DNA from: Planctomycetota bacterium
Lineage (GTDB): Bacteria; Planctomycetota; GCA-002687715; DRQF01
DNA: 30,001 nucleotides
Assembly: GCA_027001995.1 (NCBI GenBank)
Contig: JALTLO010000199.1
Location: 1 to 30,001, forward strand
Reading direction: 5' to 3'
Shown here: positions 27,743 through 30,001 of the stretch, piece by piece
Layout: each line of letters opens with the position of its first letter
Position numbering within the stretch: the first letter of the stretch is position 1
Notes under the pieces: model-generated
The model's input: only the letters and a program-made list of their open reading frames with translations
Database searches by the model: none
What the model was told of the DNA's origin: nothing
Position numbers and translations under genes: made by a program

Positions 27743-28774
27743 ATGCAGCACAATATCGTCTTGATTCCCGGAGATGGAATTGGCCCAGAAGTTTGTTCCG
27801 CGGTCAAAACTGTTCTCGCCGCAGCGGGGGCGGACATTAAGTGGATTGAACGCCACGCTGGACTTGGGGCTGTTGATCGGGGTAGCGAGGTCGTCTTGCC
27901 CCCGGAGACAGTAGACGCGATTCGTGAATATGGAATCGCGCTCAAAGGACCATGTACCACACCCATCGGCGGTGGGTTTTCCTCCGTGAATGTGGCCCTG
28001 CGGAAGACCTTGAACCTCTATGGTGCTGTGCGACCAGTCCGCTCTTTGGACGGCATCAAGACGCGCTATGACGATGTTGACATTGTCGTGGTTCGAGAGA
28101 ATACAGAGGGCTTATATTCGGGTATCGAGAATAAGATTACTGATGGTGTGGTTACGTCCATCAAAGTCGCCACCGAACAGGCTTGCGAGCGCATCGCTCG
28201 TTTTGCTTTTCACTACGCCCGAACACGTGATCGCAAGAAAGTGACGGCATTTCACAAAGCGAATATCATGAAGCTGTCGGATGGTCTCTTTCTCAAGTGT
28301 GCTCAAAAAGTACACGAGGAAGAGTATGACGATATCGAGTATGAAGAGGTCATCATTGATGCCGGGTGTATGCGCCTTGTTCAAGAGCCAAAGAACTTCG
28401 ACATCCTGTTGTGCGAAAACCTCTATGGTGATGTCGTTTCTGATCTGTGTTCTGGTTTGGTCGGTGGCTTGGGTGTGACGCCAGGTGCGAACTTCGGTGA
28501 CGGACAGGCTGTCTTTGAAGCTGTTCACGGGTCTGCTCCAGATATTGCCGGGCAGAACTTGGCGAATCCTCTGGCTCTTCTCGCCAGCGCAGTTTTGATG
28601 TTGCGTCATTTGGCTGAGACATCTGGAGACGAGAGTCTTCTCCAAGCACGTTTGAAGATTAGACAGGCCTACAACGAGGCCCTCAAAGCAGGGGAGAAAA
28701 CCCGGGATTTGGGCGGCAATCTGGGCACAAAAGAATTTGCTGATGCCCTGGCCACCCGGGTTGCGGCGATCTAG
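27743..28774 (+). CDS. icd: Isocitrate/isopropylmalate dehydrogenase family protein, probable NAD-dependent isocitrate dehydrogenase
   Basis: IPGDGIGPEV, KGPCTTPIGGGFSSVNVALR, RENTEGLY, HKANIMKLSDGLF, NLYGD, FEAVHGSAPDIAG..ANP. GGAG RBS and an upstream TGcTATGAT extended -10. Confidence 0.85.
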   Translation: MQHNIVLIPGDGIGPEVCSAVKTVLAAAGADIKWIERHAGLGAVDRGSEVVLPPETVDAIREYGIALKGPCTTPIGGGFSSVNVALRKTLNLYGAVRPVRSLDGIKTRYDDVDIVVVRENTEGLYSGIENKITDGVVTSIKVATEQACERIARFAFHYARTRDRKKVTAFHKANIMKLSDGLFLKCAQKVHEEEYDDIEYEEVIIDAGCMRLVQEPKNFDILLCENLYGDVVSDLCSGLVGGLGVTPGANFGDGQAVFEAVHGSAPDIAGQNLANPLALLASAVLMLRHLAETSGDESLLQARLKIRQAYNEALKAGEKTRDLGGNLGTKEFADALATRVAAI

Positions 28775-28858
28775 ATAGAGGCATCTTCACTCGCCTCATT
28801 TGGCTGACGTGTCTTTCTGCATATCTTGTTCTTCGGGATAAAAAGAAGGAACACGCAT

Positions 28859-30001
28859 ATGACCCATCAAACTGACAAAGAACCATGGCGTGCTGAATTG
28901 CGCGCCATGGCTTCATTGGCGGCTCCTGTGGTGGTGGTTCAACTCGGCCTCATGTCCTTTGGTGTTGTCGACACAATGATGCTTGGGCACTTCTCCGCTT
29001 CTGCCTTAGCTGCCGCTGGCATCGGGCACCTTTTTTCGATGATGATTCTATTGATGGGCTTTGGTCTTCTGATGGGACTCGATCCACTCTTGACCCAAGC
29101 CCATGGGGCTGGCCGGAGCAAAGCGGTAGCAGCCCATTTCAAGCATGGCTTGGTGGTCGCATTCATCTTGACCATTTTGTCGTCCGTTGTGATGTGGTGC
29201 GCAGCTGAACCGATCTTGCGTTTGCTCCGCCAAGAGGAATCATTGATTGGGCCAGCGACTTGCTATATTCGCATCGTGTCATGGGGTAACTTGGGTTTCT
29301 TGTTCACCATCGTCCTGCGGCAAACGCTCCAAGCAATGAGCATTTTGGCCCCTTTGGTCAAGGCTACCCTCGTTGGCAATGCGGTGAATGCCCTGGGAAA
29401 TTGGCTGTTGATTTGGGGCCATGGGGGATTGCCCGAAATGGGTTTGGCTGGCTCCGCTGTTACCACGGCATTCTCTCGAACGCTTCTGATCGTCAGCTTC
29501 GCTTATTTCGCCCGCCGACATTGGCTACCGCTTTGGCGCATGGATTCTGCCGGTGGATCCCGTCGCGGTTATAAGGCCTTGTTGGCTTTGGGGCTACCTC
29601 TTTCCCTTCAGATATCCCTGGAAGCCGGGGTTTTTAATGCCATCGGTTTTATTATGGGAGCAAAAGGGGTGACGGAAGTCTCTGCCAATCAGGTGACCTT
29701 GAACGTAGCGAGTTTGGTGTTCATGATACCCGTTGGTGTGGGCGCTGCGGTTTCGACGCGGGTAGGAAATGCCATTGGCGCTGGGGACTTGGAAAGGGCC
29801 CGGTATTCATCAAAAATCGCCATGGCAATGGCGACGAGTTTCATGCTTTGCTCGGGTCTATTCTTTGTCTTCTTCCCTGAGTTTGTGGCTCGTATTTACT
29901 GTACCGATCCGGAAGTCGTAGCCTGTGCTGTGACGCTCATCCCTGTGGCTGGCTACTTCTCAATTTTTGATGGCGTTCAGTGTGTTGCCCACGGGATTCT
30001 T
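28859..30001 (+). CDS. MATE family efflux transporter (NorM/MdtK-like); runs off the right edge
   Basis: Manual translation: MTHQTDKEPWRAELRAMASLAAPVVVVQLGLMSFGVVDTMMLGH.., N..LIWGHGGLPEMGLAGSA, RVGNAIG, FSIFDGVQ. AAGGA RBS. Missing from the ORF track. Confidence 0.92.
   Translation, partial: MTHQTDKEPWRAELRAMASLAAPVVVVQLGLMSFGVVDTMMLGHFSASALAAAGIGHLFSMMILLMGFGLLMGLDPLLTQAHGAGRSKAVAAHFKHGLVVAFILTILSSVVMWCAAEPILRLLRQEESLIGPATCYIRIVSWGNLGFLFTIVLRQTLQAMSILAPLVKATLVGNAVNALGNWLLIWGHGGLPEMGLAGSAVTTAFSRTLLIVSFAYFARRHWLPLWRMDSAGGSRRGYKALLALGLPLSLQISLEAGVFNAIGFIMGAKGVTEVSANQVTLNVASLVFMIPVGVGAAVSTRVGNAIGAGDLERARYSSKIAMAMATSFMLCSGLFFVFFPEFVARIYCTDPEVVACAVTLIPVAGYFSIFDGVQCVAHGIL

Overview
Bacterial chromosomal window, probably from a Planctomycetota genome (inferred from the kinase-FGE fusion, spdEFG1-type EF-G, FG-GAP protein and PA14/DUF1080 proteins). 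From left to right it holds: a membrane Ser/Thr kinase fused to an FGE/SUMF1 domain (runs off the left edge and is missing from the ORF track); a decayed DUF222-HNH pseudogene; a hydrolase-sulfotransferase pair; and a split cluster resembling a 3-keto-glycoside (oxidation/elimination) catabolic pathway (Gfo/Idh/MocA plus TIM barrel, then MFS, ThuA-like and PA14-propeller-DUF1080). That cluster is interrupted by a 7-repeat FG-GAP gene and a small hypothetical gene, and is followed by M28 peptidase, SDR and aminotransferase genes. Next come a stand-alone mitochondrial-like fusA paired with a degenerate KaiC/RecA-like ATPase, several small conserved genes (VF530, scramblase-like, PhnA/YjdM, CutC, YbaN), an isocitrate dehydrogenase-family gene and a MATE transporter that runs off the right edge. 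I recognised no rRNA, tRNA, CRISPR array or intact mobile element. All calls come from motif recognition by eye; no searches were run.
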